This document shows positions 7,831 to 15,645 of a stretch of 46,894 nucleotides of DNA, one piece after another (positions within the stretch are counted from its first letter, which is position 1; the number at the start of each line of letters is the position of its first letter). The stretch comes from a virus (Duplodnaviria; Caudoviricetes), in the IMG/VR virus record IMGVR_UViG_3300007956_000005, positions 1 to 46,894 of that record; one strand, written 5' to 3'. A program made the position numbers and the translations under genes. The notes beneath the pieces were generated by a model that was given only the letters and a program-made list of their open reading frames with translations, was not told the origin of the DNA and did no database searches.

Positions 7831-8009
7831 TGCTTAATGAACATGACCTCAAAGAGTTTTATGAACTGCTTGAAAAGAAGCAGGAAGAATATTCCAGCGA
7901 AAAAAAGCCTGAACTTAAAAGCCTTATAGATGAGCAAGTAGATCTTCTCCAGGCACTCATATCTGTACAGACTAAGATCCTAGCTAAGTTGTCGGGGTTC
8001 AATGTATGA
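7827..8009 (+). CDS. small coiled-coil hypothetical protein
   Basis: ATGA overlaps at both ends; GGGAG SD. Confidence 0.7.
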   Translation: MMLNEHDLKEFYELLEKKQEEYSSEKKPELKSLIDEQVDLLQALISVQTKILAKLSGFNV

Positions 8010-8398
8010 CAAAAACCCTCGTACTAGATCTGGAAACCACCGTCCAACGTTTTGATGGTAAGACAGACAACAGCCCATTTAACCCTAATAACAAGTGTGT
8101 TTCAGCGCACTTTGGTTGGCTAGGCTCTGATACCGTGGATGAAGTAACCCACTTGGTGTTTAATCATAATGATAAGGCTACACCTGATAGCCCAGAACCT
8201 TTGCGTAAGGTTTTGTCTGAGGCTGATATATTAGTTGCCCACAATGCAAAGTTTGATGTTCTCTGGTTGAGGGCAATGGGTATGCCTATCCCCCCTAAAA
8301 TTAGATGCACCATGATCAATGAATACATTCTGGCTAAAGGGCAGCGCACAAAACTTTCTTTGAAAGAAACTGCCCAGCGCAGAGGTGCGGTGGAATGA
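8006..8398 (+). CDS. DNA polymerase A, N-terminal part of the 3'-5' exonuclease (ExoI, ExoII)
   Basis: VLDLETT (ExoI), AHNAKFD (ExoII), CTMINEY..LSLK. Confidence 0.85.
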   Translation: MTKTLVLDLETTVQRFDGKTDNSPFNPNNKCVSAHFGWLGSDTVDEVTHLVFNHNDKATPDSPEPLRKVLSEADILVAHNAKFDVLWLRAMGMPIPPKIRCTMINEYILAKGQRTKLSLKETAQRRGAVE

Positions 8399-10167
8399 TT
8401 ACACAAAAGAAAAGTGACCTAGTCGATGATTTGTTTACGTCAGGTGTCGGCTTTGAAGCCATGCCCTTGTATGATGTAGTCATACCCTATGCAGAAGCGG
8501 ATGTTAAAGCATGTGCAGAGGTGTATCTATCTCAACTGAGCAGTTTTGAGGAAGAAGATAACTTATCTTTAAAACCTATCGTAGTCCTAATGAATGAAAT
8601 GCTTGAGTTCTTAGTGGAGTGCGAAACAAACGGTGTTCAGATAGACTTAGACGTACTCTCTTCTATCGGGAATGAATTTCAGAAGGAGCATGATGAACTC
8701 ACCAAACGCCTAGATGAAATAGTAGAGATGGTAATGGGTGATACTCCTGTAAATTTAAATTCAGGAGCAGATGTATCCAAGCTTATCTACAGTAGAGAGG
8801 TGTCTAATAGAGATTATCATATACAGACATTTCGTATCGGTACTGATGAGCATGGTAGAACACTCCCGCCCCCTAGAATGAACAAGTCGGAGTTTAATAC
8901 CGCAGTACGTTCAAACACTAAGGTTATTCAAAAAACATCTATAGAGTGCTGCCCTGAGTGCGATGGTAGGGGTCAGGTTCAGAAGTATAAGCAAATAACT
9001 AGGTATAAGAATAAGAAACCATATAAAGTTGTAGGCGAAGCTTATAAGAACCTATCCAAGTGTCCTTCCTGTTTAGGGGTAGGGGCTTTCTACATTCCTA
9101 CTGGTAAGGTTGCAGGTTTAAAACTCAGTCCTTTGGGTCCACAGTATGCTGCGGCTCACGGTTTTAAGACTGATAAAGGGACTATTAAACTTCTAATATC
9201 CCACGCAAAAAACAAGAATAACGATATAGCTGTCGAGTTCCTGACTAAGATAAGTAGGCTTTCAGCGGTATCCACTTATTTAACTAGCTTTGTTAAAGGC
9301 ATTGAAACCTGGACACGTCCTAATGGTCTAATACATACAAACTTTAATCAATGCATCACCGCAACAGGGCGTCTGAGTTCTTCCAATATTAACCTGCAAA
9401 ATATGCCAAAACGGGGCTTCCCCGTCCGTAAGGCTATGGTGTCTAGATTTGACTACAAGATTGTTGAATTCGATTACTCAGGATTAGAATTTCGTGTTGC
9501 TGGAGAAGTGTCCCGAGATCCTCAGATTATTGAAGATATTCTGAATGGTAAGGACATCCATAAACAGACTGCTTCTATCATTCATAGAATACCTGCCGAA
9601 GAAGTGACCAAAGAAACTCGTTCCCAAATAAAGTTTCACACGTTTGCACCTCTATATGGTTCGCAAGGGTCAGGTTTAGCGGAACATGAGAAGAAATATT
9701 ACGACGAATTCTTTGTGATCTACAAAGGTCTAAAATCTTACCAGCAACGTCTTATGGATGGAGTTGTTAAGAACGGCATAGTTCAAACTCCTAGTGGCAG
9801 ACAGTACTATTGGCCTAATGCCCGTAGACTAAGAAATGGGCGGGTTACTAACGCTACTCAGGTAGTCAACTACCCCATCCAGGGATTTGCTACTGGGGAT
9901 ATAGTACCACTAGCTTGTGTAAGGGCGTTACGCCTTTTTAAGAGCCATAAACTCAAGTCAAAACTAATTCTAACGGTACACGACTCAATTGTAGTTGACT
10001 GCCATCCAGATGAATTGTCACAGGTCAAAAAAGTTTTAGTCGAGGCTATGGCTAATGTAGGCGAAGAATTAGAGCAACGCTTTGATTACAAACCAGTTTT
10101 ACCGCTAGATGTAGAGATGACTGCGGGTAAGAACTGGTTAGATCAGGATGATATTCCACTTGATTAA
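8395..10167 (+). CDS. polA: DNA polymerase A: ExoIII, DnaJ-type Zn finger and polymerase domain
   Basis: YAEADV (ExoIII); CPECDGRG and CPSCLGVG (CxxCxGxG); TGRLSS, DYSGLEFR (motif A), RSQIKFHTFAPLYG (motif B), VHDS (motif C). Confidence 0.93.
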   Translation: MITQKKSDLVDDLFTSGVGFEAMPLYDVVIPYAEADVKACAEVYLSQLSSFEEEDNLSLKPIVVLMNEMLEFLVECETNGVQIDLDVLSSIGNEFQKEHDELTKRLDEIVEMVMGDTPVNLNSGADVSKLIYSREVSNRDYHIQTFRIGTDEHGRTLPPPRMNKSEFNTAVRSNTKVIQKTSIECCPECDGRGQVQKYKQITRYKNKKPYKVVGEAYKNLSKCPSCLGVGAFYIPTGKVAGLKLSPLGPQYAAAHGFKTDKGTIKLLISHAKNKNNDIAVEFLTKISRLSAVSTYLTSFVKGIETWTRPNGLIHTNFNQCITATGRLSSSNINLQNMPKRGFPVRKAMVSRFDYKIVEFDYSGLEFRVAGEVSRDPQIIEDILNGKDIHKQTASIIHRIPAEEVTKETRSQIKFHTFAPLYGSQGSGLAEHEKKYYDEFFVIYKGLKSYQQRLMDGVVKNGIVQTPSGRQYYWPNARRLRNGRVTNATQVVNYPIQGFATGDIVPLACVRALRLFKSHKLKSKLILTVHDSIVVDCHPDELSQVKKVLVEAMANVGEELEQRFDYKPVLPLDVEMTAGKNWLDQDDIPLD

Positions 10168-10189
10168 TGGTACTTAATTATGGTACATT
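10160..10189 (+). promoter_or_regulatory. promoter TTGATT-N18-TACATT with operator TACTTAATTATGGT (10171..10184)
   Basis: Lies in the polA to SSB-like intergenic gap. Confidence 0.55.
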
Positions 10190-10217
10190 ATAAACTCAAT
10201 TATAAAAGGATACACCA

Positions 10218-11096
10218 ATGGGTGAACTTACAAATATAGAGGCCACTGATCTAGCAGCATTGGCAGAAAAACTGGGCGCAGCCAGTGGTGAAACTGCAAC
10301 AGTAAATATGTTGGAATTAAAGATTAACTACGAAGATGAAGACGATAATGGTGTTCGTTTAAATCTTGGTGATATCTACGTGCGGGAAAGTGATAAAAAC
10401 CACTTTTATGCTAAAAATGTTACCTTTCGCCCCTTGAGTCAGATGCACCAGTACTCTGTGTATAATGCTCAAGAAAAAAAGATGTCGTGCAAAACCCGCC
10501 TAATCGCAAACTTTCGTGAGGAAGCACGGGATACCAATGGCACAATACGATGTGGTAAACCTAGTTCTTCTGAGATGCGTGATCTTACAGAGGAACAACG
10601 GGCCAAGTATTCAGGTATAAAAAATCAAAGGCAGATCCGTGGCCTGGTAAGCTATACAGGTAAGTCATCCTCTGGTGAGGAAAAGACGTATGAAAACCTT
10701 CCAGTTCTAATGCGTTTAAATGGTCAGAATAACTATCAGGTAGATAGTAGCAATAAACTTTCTGCCCCCTTTGAAGCACAGTTTCTAAAACAAATCCCTC
10801 GGGGTTCCAGCATGTGGAATTTCAGTATGGATATTACTACCAAGCGCAGAAAGAGTGCTGCGGGTAAAGCGTACTATACCTACGAGTATACCCCTGATTT
10901 TGGTGTGCAGCTTCCGATAACGAAGGATATCTATGGATCACTTCAGATGATCGATCAGATCATTCAGGATGAGAATGCTTACGTTGATAGTCAGTACTAC
11001 AAGGCACTGAAAGGTGACATGTACGAAGCAGAGGCCTCGGAAGTTTTGGACCGTATGCATGATAGTTTAGATGCCGATTATGAGGACGTAGCTTAA
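10218..11096 (+). CDS. putative ssDNA-binding/annealing protein
   Basis: Position between polA and the exonuclease; acidic C-terminal tail DADYEDVA. Confidence 0.55.
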   Translation: MGELTNIEATDLAALAEKLGAASGETATVNMLELKINYEDEDDNGVRLNLGDIYVRESDKNHFYAKNVTFRPLSQMHQYSVYNAQEKKMSCKTRLIANFREEARDTNGTIRCGKPSSSEMRDLTEEQRAKYSGIKNQRQIRGLVSYTGKSSSGEEKTYENLPVLMRLNGQNNYQVDSSNKLSAPFEAQFLKQIPRGSSMWNFSMDITTKRRKSAAGKAYYTYEYTPDFGVQLPITKDIYGSLQMIDQIIQDENAYVDSQYYKALKGDMYEAEASEVLDRMHDSLDADYEDVA

Positions 11097-11950
11097 TGCT
11101 CCAAGAACTCATTCATATGACAATGGATCAAATGTCTAACGACGAATACGACGATCTAGTTGTGAAGGATGAGTGGATTGATGCCGTTGGTGAAAACATA
11201 AAGCGTGAACTAAAGAAAAGCCTAGCCCCTAGGGGTAAAGATTTTAGACTTCGGGGGTCCAATCTGGGTAAACCACCTTGCGTCCTTCAAATGCAAAAGT
11301 CTGGGGCTGAACCTTCTAGAAAACCTTACCATTTCGTAATGCAGATGCTGCACGGGTATATGATCGAAGAGATTATGACACTCATACTAAAAGTGGCAGA
11401 TGCAAACATTACGGGTGGTAAGGCCAAGGTTTCTTTAGATCTTGAGGGTGTTACCATTAAGGGTGAGGACGATATTCAGATCGATGGTAAAGAGTATGAT
11501 GTGAAATCGTGTTCACCCTGGGCCTTCAACAACAAGTGGAGCGAAGGATATCATGGCTTACGCAAGTCAGATAACTTTGGCTACGTTGGTCAGCTTATGG
11601 CTTACTCAGAGGCACAGGACATACCTGTTGGTGGGTGGCTGGTAGTCAATAAATCCACTGGTGAGGTTTTGGTTGTGGACGCAGACAACAGCCCTTCAGA
11701 ACGCAAAGCAGTTTTGAATAAGTTGAAGTCAACGGTACGCACTATCAAGAGTGATGCACCCTTTAAGCGTTGCTTTGAGCCTGTCAATGATACCTTCAAG
11801 AAAATGCCCACAGGACGCAAGTATCTGAGCAAAGATAACTGTGGAATGTGCGACTTCAAAACCTCTTGTTACCCTGGTGTTAAACTTAAACCGCAGCCTG
11901 AGAGTAAGGCAGCTAATCCACCATTAAAATGGTACATTAAAGAGGCCTAA
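11096..11950 (+). CDS. PD-(D/E)XK (Cas4/RecB-like) exonuclease
   Basis: GEDD..YDVKS, GYVGQLMAY, split Cys cluster (C..CGMCDFKTSC). Confidence 0.8.
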   Translation: MLQELIHMTMDQMSNDEYDDLVVKDEWIDAVGENIKRELKKSLAPRGKDFRLRGSNLGKPPCVLQMQKSGAEPSRKPYHFVMQMLHGYMIEEIMTLILKVADANITGGKAKVSLDLEGVTIKGEDDIQIDGKEYDVKSCSPWAFNNKWSEGYHGLRKSDNFGYVGQLMAYSEAQDIPVGGWLVVNKSTGEVLVVDADNSPSERKAVLNKLKSTVRTIKSDAPFKRCFEPVNDTFKKMPTGRKYLSKDNCGMCDFKTSCYPGVKLKPQPESKAANPPLKWYIKEA

Positions 11951-12303
11951 TGGCAATAACTCCGCAGTCTGCGAAAGCCAAAGGACGCCGATTGCAGCAA
12001 TGGGTGAGGGACAGGCTTTATTCCACTTTTCCTAAACTTGAGGATGGAGATATCCGCTCGACAAGCATGGGTGCTGGTGGAGAAGATCTGTTGTTCTCAC
12101 CCGCTGCCAGACGCTGCTTCCCATACTCCGTGGAATGCAAAAACAATAAAAGTAATGCGATTTATAAAGTGATGGATCAGGCCATCAGTAACTGCCCAAA
12201 GGGCGCTACGCCATTAGCCATAATTAAGGCTGATCACAAAAAGCCTCTAGCAGTTGTTGATGCAGATCACTTTTTCAAATTGGCAAAAAGGAATAAAAAA
12301 TGA
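11950..12303 (+). CDS. Holliday-junction resolvase-like endonuclease
   Basis: AKAKGRRLQ, GED, SVECK (Hjc-like PD-(D/E)XK). Confidence 0.75.
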   Translation: MAITPQSAKAKGRRLQQWVRDRLYSTFPKLEDGDIRSTSMGAGGEDLLFSPAARRCFPYSVECKNNKSNAIYKVMDQAISNCPKGATPLAIIKADHKKPLAVVDADHFFKLAKRNKK

Positions 12304-12620
12304 ATTCAGATAACATTCCTAAAAATTCAATTTCTCTAACTGTGTATTTGGATGATGAGGGTACTACCATCGTCGATACATATTCCAATCTGTCAGACAC
12401 ACTGCCTGATGATGAACAAACGTTCCTAAGATTAATGCTCAAAGGTTTAGAGTTTCACGCATACGCAGGGCCAAATCTATTAGCATCCATAGGTAATATT
12501 GTTGCGATACTTGATACCTATGAGGATGATGATCTGGAATTTGAGCCTGACGAGGAACTCAAAGAAAAGCTACAGGACGCCAAGGTTATACCCATTAATC
12601 GCAAGCCAAGGCTTAACTAA
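12300..12620 (+). CDS. hypothetical protein
   Basis: Coupled ORF in the operon. Confidence 0.7.
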   Translation: MNSDNIPKNSISLTVYLDDEGTTIVDTYSNLSDTLPDDEQTFLRLMLKGLEFHAYAGPNLLASIGNIVAILDTYEDDDLEFEPDEELKEKLQDAKVIPINRKPRLN

Positions 12621-12862
12621 TGGATCGTAACAAAGTGGCCTCAGATGGCCTATCCACCAGCTATTATACCATACCTAATCATGCCAGTGAGTTACGCCAT
12701 CTCATTAGTCATAAGGGCATGTCTAAGTCCCGTGGAGACATCTTTAAGGCTTGCTACAGGCTTGGTGAAAAAGAGGGAACAGATACCCTCTACGACTTAA
12801 ACAAAATGAAGTTTTTTATCGAAGATTTAATTGAAATGCACATGAGAGGAGAACATTTATGA
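12620..12862 (+). CDS. DUF3310-like protein
   Basis: SYY..GDIFKACYRLGEK..YDLNK pattern. Confidence 0.6.
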   Translation: MDRNKVASDGLSTSYYTIPNHASELRHLISHKGMSKSRGDIFKACYRLGEKEGTDTLYDLNKMKFFIEDLIEMHMRGEHL

Positions 12863-13185
12863 ACATGAAAGACTACCAGACACAGGCATCGAAAACCGCC
12901 ATCTATCCTGAGTGTGACGTAATTACATACCCCGCACTGGGTTTGGTATCTGAGGCGGGAGAAGTGGCGGGGAAGGTAAAAAAAGTACTTCGTGATCACA
13001 GTGGTCAATTTCTTCCAGAACAACGTGAGGCCATTGCAGACGAGGTGGGTGATTGCCTTTGGTATATTGCTAGTCTGGCAACCGACTTGGGAATGGGCAT
13101 GGAAGAAATTGCCCAGCGCAATCTTGATAAACTGAACAGTCGCATGGCCCGTGGGGTGCTGGGCGGTAGCGGCGATAATAGATAA
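12859..13185 (+). CDS. mazG: MazG-like NTP pyrophosphohydrolase
   Basis: LGLVSEAGEVAGKVKK..DEVGDCLWY..GSGDNR. Confidence 0.9.
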   Translation: MNMKDYQTQASKTAIYPECDVITYPALGLVSEAGEVAGKVKKVLRDHSGQFLPEQREAIADEVGDCLWYIASLATDLGMGMEEIAQRNLDKLNSRMARGVLGGSGDNR

Positions 13186-13225
13186 CCCCCAAAAATTCAT
13201 AAAATAAAATCAACGGGAGCAGAGA

Positions 13226-14968
13226 ATGCTAAAAAATAGTTACGGGCCTACACTACCGATTAGTGAGCAAATCCATAAAGAAAAATATCGTAGTGAAGGA
13301 GAAACCTTCCACGAAGCAATGACCCGTGTGGCAGAGGCATTGAAAGATGATGAACCACACTTCAATCAGTTTAGAAACATCCTGTATAACCAGCGGTTCT
13401 TACCAGCGGGGCGGGTACAATCGGCTATGGGCGCACCTCGCACTGTTACCCCATACAACTGCTTTGTGAGTGGTACTATTGAAGACAGCATGGAAGGCAT
13501 TATGGATGCGGCGAAGGACGCTGCTAGAACAATGCAGCTTGGTGGTGGAATAGGATATGACTTCTCTACTCTACGTCCACACGGGGCGCTCATTAAGAGC
13601 CTAGATAGCCGCTCTAGTGGCCCTCTTAGTTTTATGGCTATATTTGATAGTGTCTGTCATACTATAGCTTCTGCGGGGCATCGTCGGGGCGCACAGATGG
13701 GTGTACTGCGAGTAGATCATCCTGATATTGAAAAATTCATTCGTGCCAAGAATAATAGCACAGAACTAACAGGTTTTAACATTTCAGTTGGTGTCACTGA
13801 TGCCTTTATGGAAGCTGTTAAAACAGACAGTCAGTTTGATCTGGTCTTTGAGAACACTGTGTACTCCACAGTTAATGCCCGTGCGCTATGGGATGATATC
13901 CTGCGGTCTACATGGGATTGGGCAGAGCCAGGCATCCTGTTTATTGACCGCATCAACCGTAAGAATAATCTGCATTACTGTGAGAATATTGTTGCTACCA
14001 ATCCATGCGGTGAACAGCCGTTACCACCCTACGGGGCGTGTTTGCTGGGGTCATTTAACCTTGCTAAGTATATCGTACAGCATGACGGTAAATACGTCTT
14101 CAATATGAACATGCTAAAGACAGACATTCCGTTTGTGGTACGGGCAATGGATAACGTAGTAGATCGTGCTACTTACCCTCTCCCACAACAAGAGAAGCAA
14201 GCAAAAGACACACGGCGTATGGGCCTTGGTGTTACAGGTGTTGCTAATGCTATTGAATCGCTAGGATTTGATTACGGTACAGATGAGTTCATCCGTGTTC
14301 TGGAAGAGATCATGGGTACAATTCGTGATGTTTGTTATGAAACATCGGTAGAATTAGCACAGGAAAAAGGTGCATTCCCATTATTCAAGAAAGAATACTT
14401 GGACAGTGAATTTGCAAAGACCTTACCCCCTAAGATACGAAAAAGCATTGCGAAGCATGGTATTCGTAACTCTCACCTACTGTCAGTAGCACCTACAGGT
14501 ACAATCAGCCTGAGTGCAGACAACGTATCCAGTGGTATCGAACCTGTCTTTAGTCACTTCTATGACCGTACCATCCAGACATTCGATGGTCCTACCATTG
14601 AGCGAGTAGATGACTATGGCTACCGTGAGTTTGGGGTCAGAGGTAAAACCGCTGATGAACTATCTGTGTTTGACCATGTGCGGGTTCTAAATGTTGCATC
14701 AAAGTATGTTGATAGTGCGTGTAGCAAGACCTGTAATGTAGGTGATGATGTAACTTGGGAACAATTCAAACAGGTATACATGGATGCATATGAGGGCGGT
14801 AGTTCAGGCTGTACGACATTCCGTGCATCTGGAAAAAGATACGGCATTCTGAATGCTTCTGCGTCTGAGGATATTGCTGAAGAAAAGCCCGTGGAAAAAG
14901 ACAATTTCATCGAAGAAGGGGGAGCATGTTATTATGACCCTGCCACTGGACTGCGTAAGTGTGAGTAA
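13226..14968 (+). CDS. nrdJ: class II (adenosylcobalamin-dependent) ribonucleotide reductase
   Basis: PAGR, NCFV, TNPCGEQPL, APTGTIS, C-terminal Cys pair; no beta subunit nearby. Confidence 0.9.
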   Translation: MLKNSYGPTLPISEQIHKEKYRSEGETFHEAMTRVAEALKDDEPHFNQFRNILYNQRFLPAGRVQSAMGAPRTVTPYNCFVSGTIEDSMEGIMDAAKDAARTMQLGGGIGYDFSTLRPHGALIKSLDSRSSGPLSFMAIFDSVCHTIASAGHRRGAQMGVLRVDHPDIEKFIRAKNNSTELTGFNISVGVTDAFMEAVKTDSQFDLVFENTVYSTVNARALWDDILRSTWDWAEPGILFIDRINRKNNLHYCENIVATNPCGEQPLPPYGACLLGSFNLAKYIVQHDGKYVFNMNMLKTDIPFVVRAMDNVVDRATYPLPQQEKQAKDTRRMGLGVTGVANAIESLGFDYGTDEFIRVLEEIMGTIRDVCYETSVELAQEKGAFPLFKKEYLDSEFAKTLPPKIRKSIAKHGIRNSHLLSVAPTGTISLSADNVSSGIEPVFSHFYDRTIQTFDGPTIERVDDYGYREFGVRGKTADELSVFDHVRVLNVASKYVDSACSKTCNVGDDVTWEQFKQVYMDAYEGGSSGCTTFRASGKRYGILNASASEDIAEEKPVEKDNFIEEGGACYYDPATGLRKCE

Positions 14969-14970
14969 CC

Positions 14971-15147
14971 ATGAATAAACCCTATGACGAGGGCTTCCAG
15001 GCCTTCTTTCGGGGGGATTTCATATGTCACTATAGGCTCCGCTCTCACTACCATCGTGAGTGGCAGCGGGGCTTCAATTCAGCGTATTTTTATAACAGGG
15101 ATACCTATGTACAAAGCATTCCAGAAGAATATCTTCGACAAGTATGA
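14971..15147 (+). CDS. small Rmf/CrpP-like protein (58 aa)
   Basis: Manual translation MNKPYDEGFQAFFRGDFICHYRLRSHYHREWQRGFNSAYF..., G-x-x-A-x3-G..C-x-Y..W-x-x-G pattern. Confidence 0.55.
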   Translation: MNKPYDEGFQAFFRGDFICHYRLRSHYHREWQRGFNSAYFYNRDTYVQSIPEEYLRQV

Positions 15148-15529
15148 TGCTCCTGCTAGGGAAAAGGCCAAGAGGTTTTGGCGCTCCCAGGGGTACGTAT
15201 GCACGGACCATAAGGATGAATACGATGTTGATCTTGTTGTAGAGAAAGATAACAAACGATTTTACTGCGAAGTCGAAGTCAAAACTACCTGGCATGGACA
15301 GGAATTTTCCTATGATACATTACACATACCTGCCCGTAAGGCTAAGTTTTTATCTAAGCCAACTCAGTTCATGGTGTTCAATAATAGTATGACTAGAGCA
15401 GCTATCGTGGGGCGCAATAGGTTGTTAAATGCCACCACAGTAACCGTGCCAAACAGAAAGATTGCATTCGGGGAACAGTTCTTTGATGTGCCTAAAAAGG
15501 ATTTATTTTTTGTACCCCTAGAAATATAA
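15107..15529 (+). CDS. PD-(D/E)XK nuclease-fold protein
   Basis: YDVDL...CEVEVK motif; start at MYKAF preferred to 14984. Confidence 0.65.
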   Translation: MYKAFQKNIFDKYDAPAREKAKRFWRSQGYVCTDHKDEYDVDLVVEKDNKRFYCEVEVKTTWHGQEFSYDTLHIPARKAKFLSKPTQFMVFNNSMTRAAIVGRNRLLNATTVTVPNRKIAFGEQFFDVPKKDLFFVPLEI

Positions 15530-15560
15530 AAAGCCCCCAAGTCTATTGACCTAGGAGCCT
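15528..15560 (-). terminator. terminator of the leftward structural operon
   Basis: Minus strand GGCUCCUAGGUC-aaua-GACUUGGGGGCU followed by a U-run. Confidence 0.65.
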
Positions 15561-15574
15561 TCCAATTCTATAAT
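15546..15574 (+). promoter_or_regulatory. near-consensus sigma70 promoter TTGACC-N17-TATAAT driving sRNA-2
   Basis: 11/12 consensus match; no downstream ORF before the terminator. Confidence 0.75.
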
Positions 15575-15580
15575 ATTTGT

Positions 15581-15645
15581 AACGGGGTTGGTCCCCCGTT
15601 TAGCTAGTAAGAAGCCCTCAGATTTAGGTCTGGGGGTTTTTCTTT
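15581..15645 (+). ncRNA. candidate small RNA 2 (~62 nt)
   Basis: Hairpin AACGGGG-uuggu-CCCCCGUU, single-stranded UAGCUAGUAAG, terminator GCCCUCAGA..UCUGGGGGU-UUUU; complementary to three phage RBS regions. Confidence 0.65.

Noticed and set aside
11096-11950. CRISPR-associated Cas4
   Set aside because: No array or other cas genes; replication-module context indicates a stand-alone phage exonuclease
15030-15075. Long hairpin after nrdJ as ncRNA or cobalamin riboswitch
   Set aside because: Lies inside the 14971..15147 ORF, downstream of nrdJ, and has no B12-box
14984-15106. N-terminal extension of the nuclease ORF in the track
   Set aside because: Overlaps a more protein-like ORF in another frame; MYKAF at 15107 is the better start
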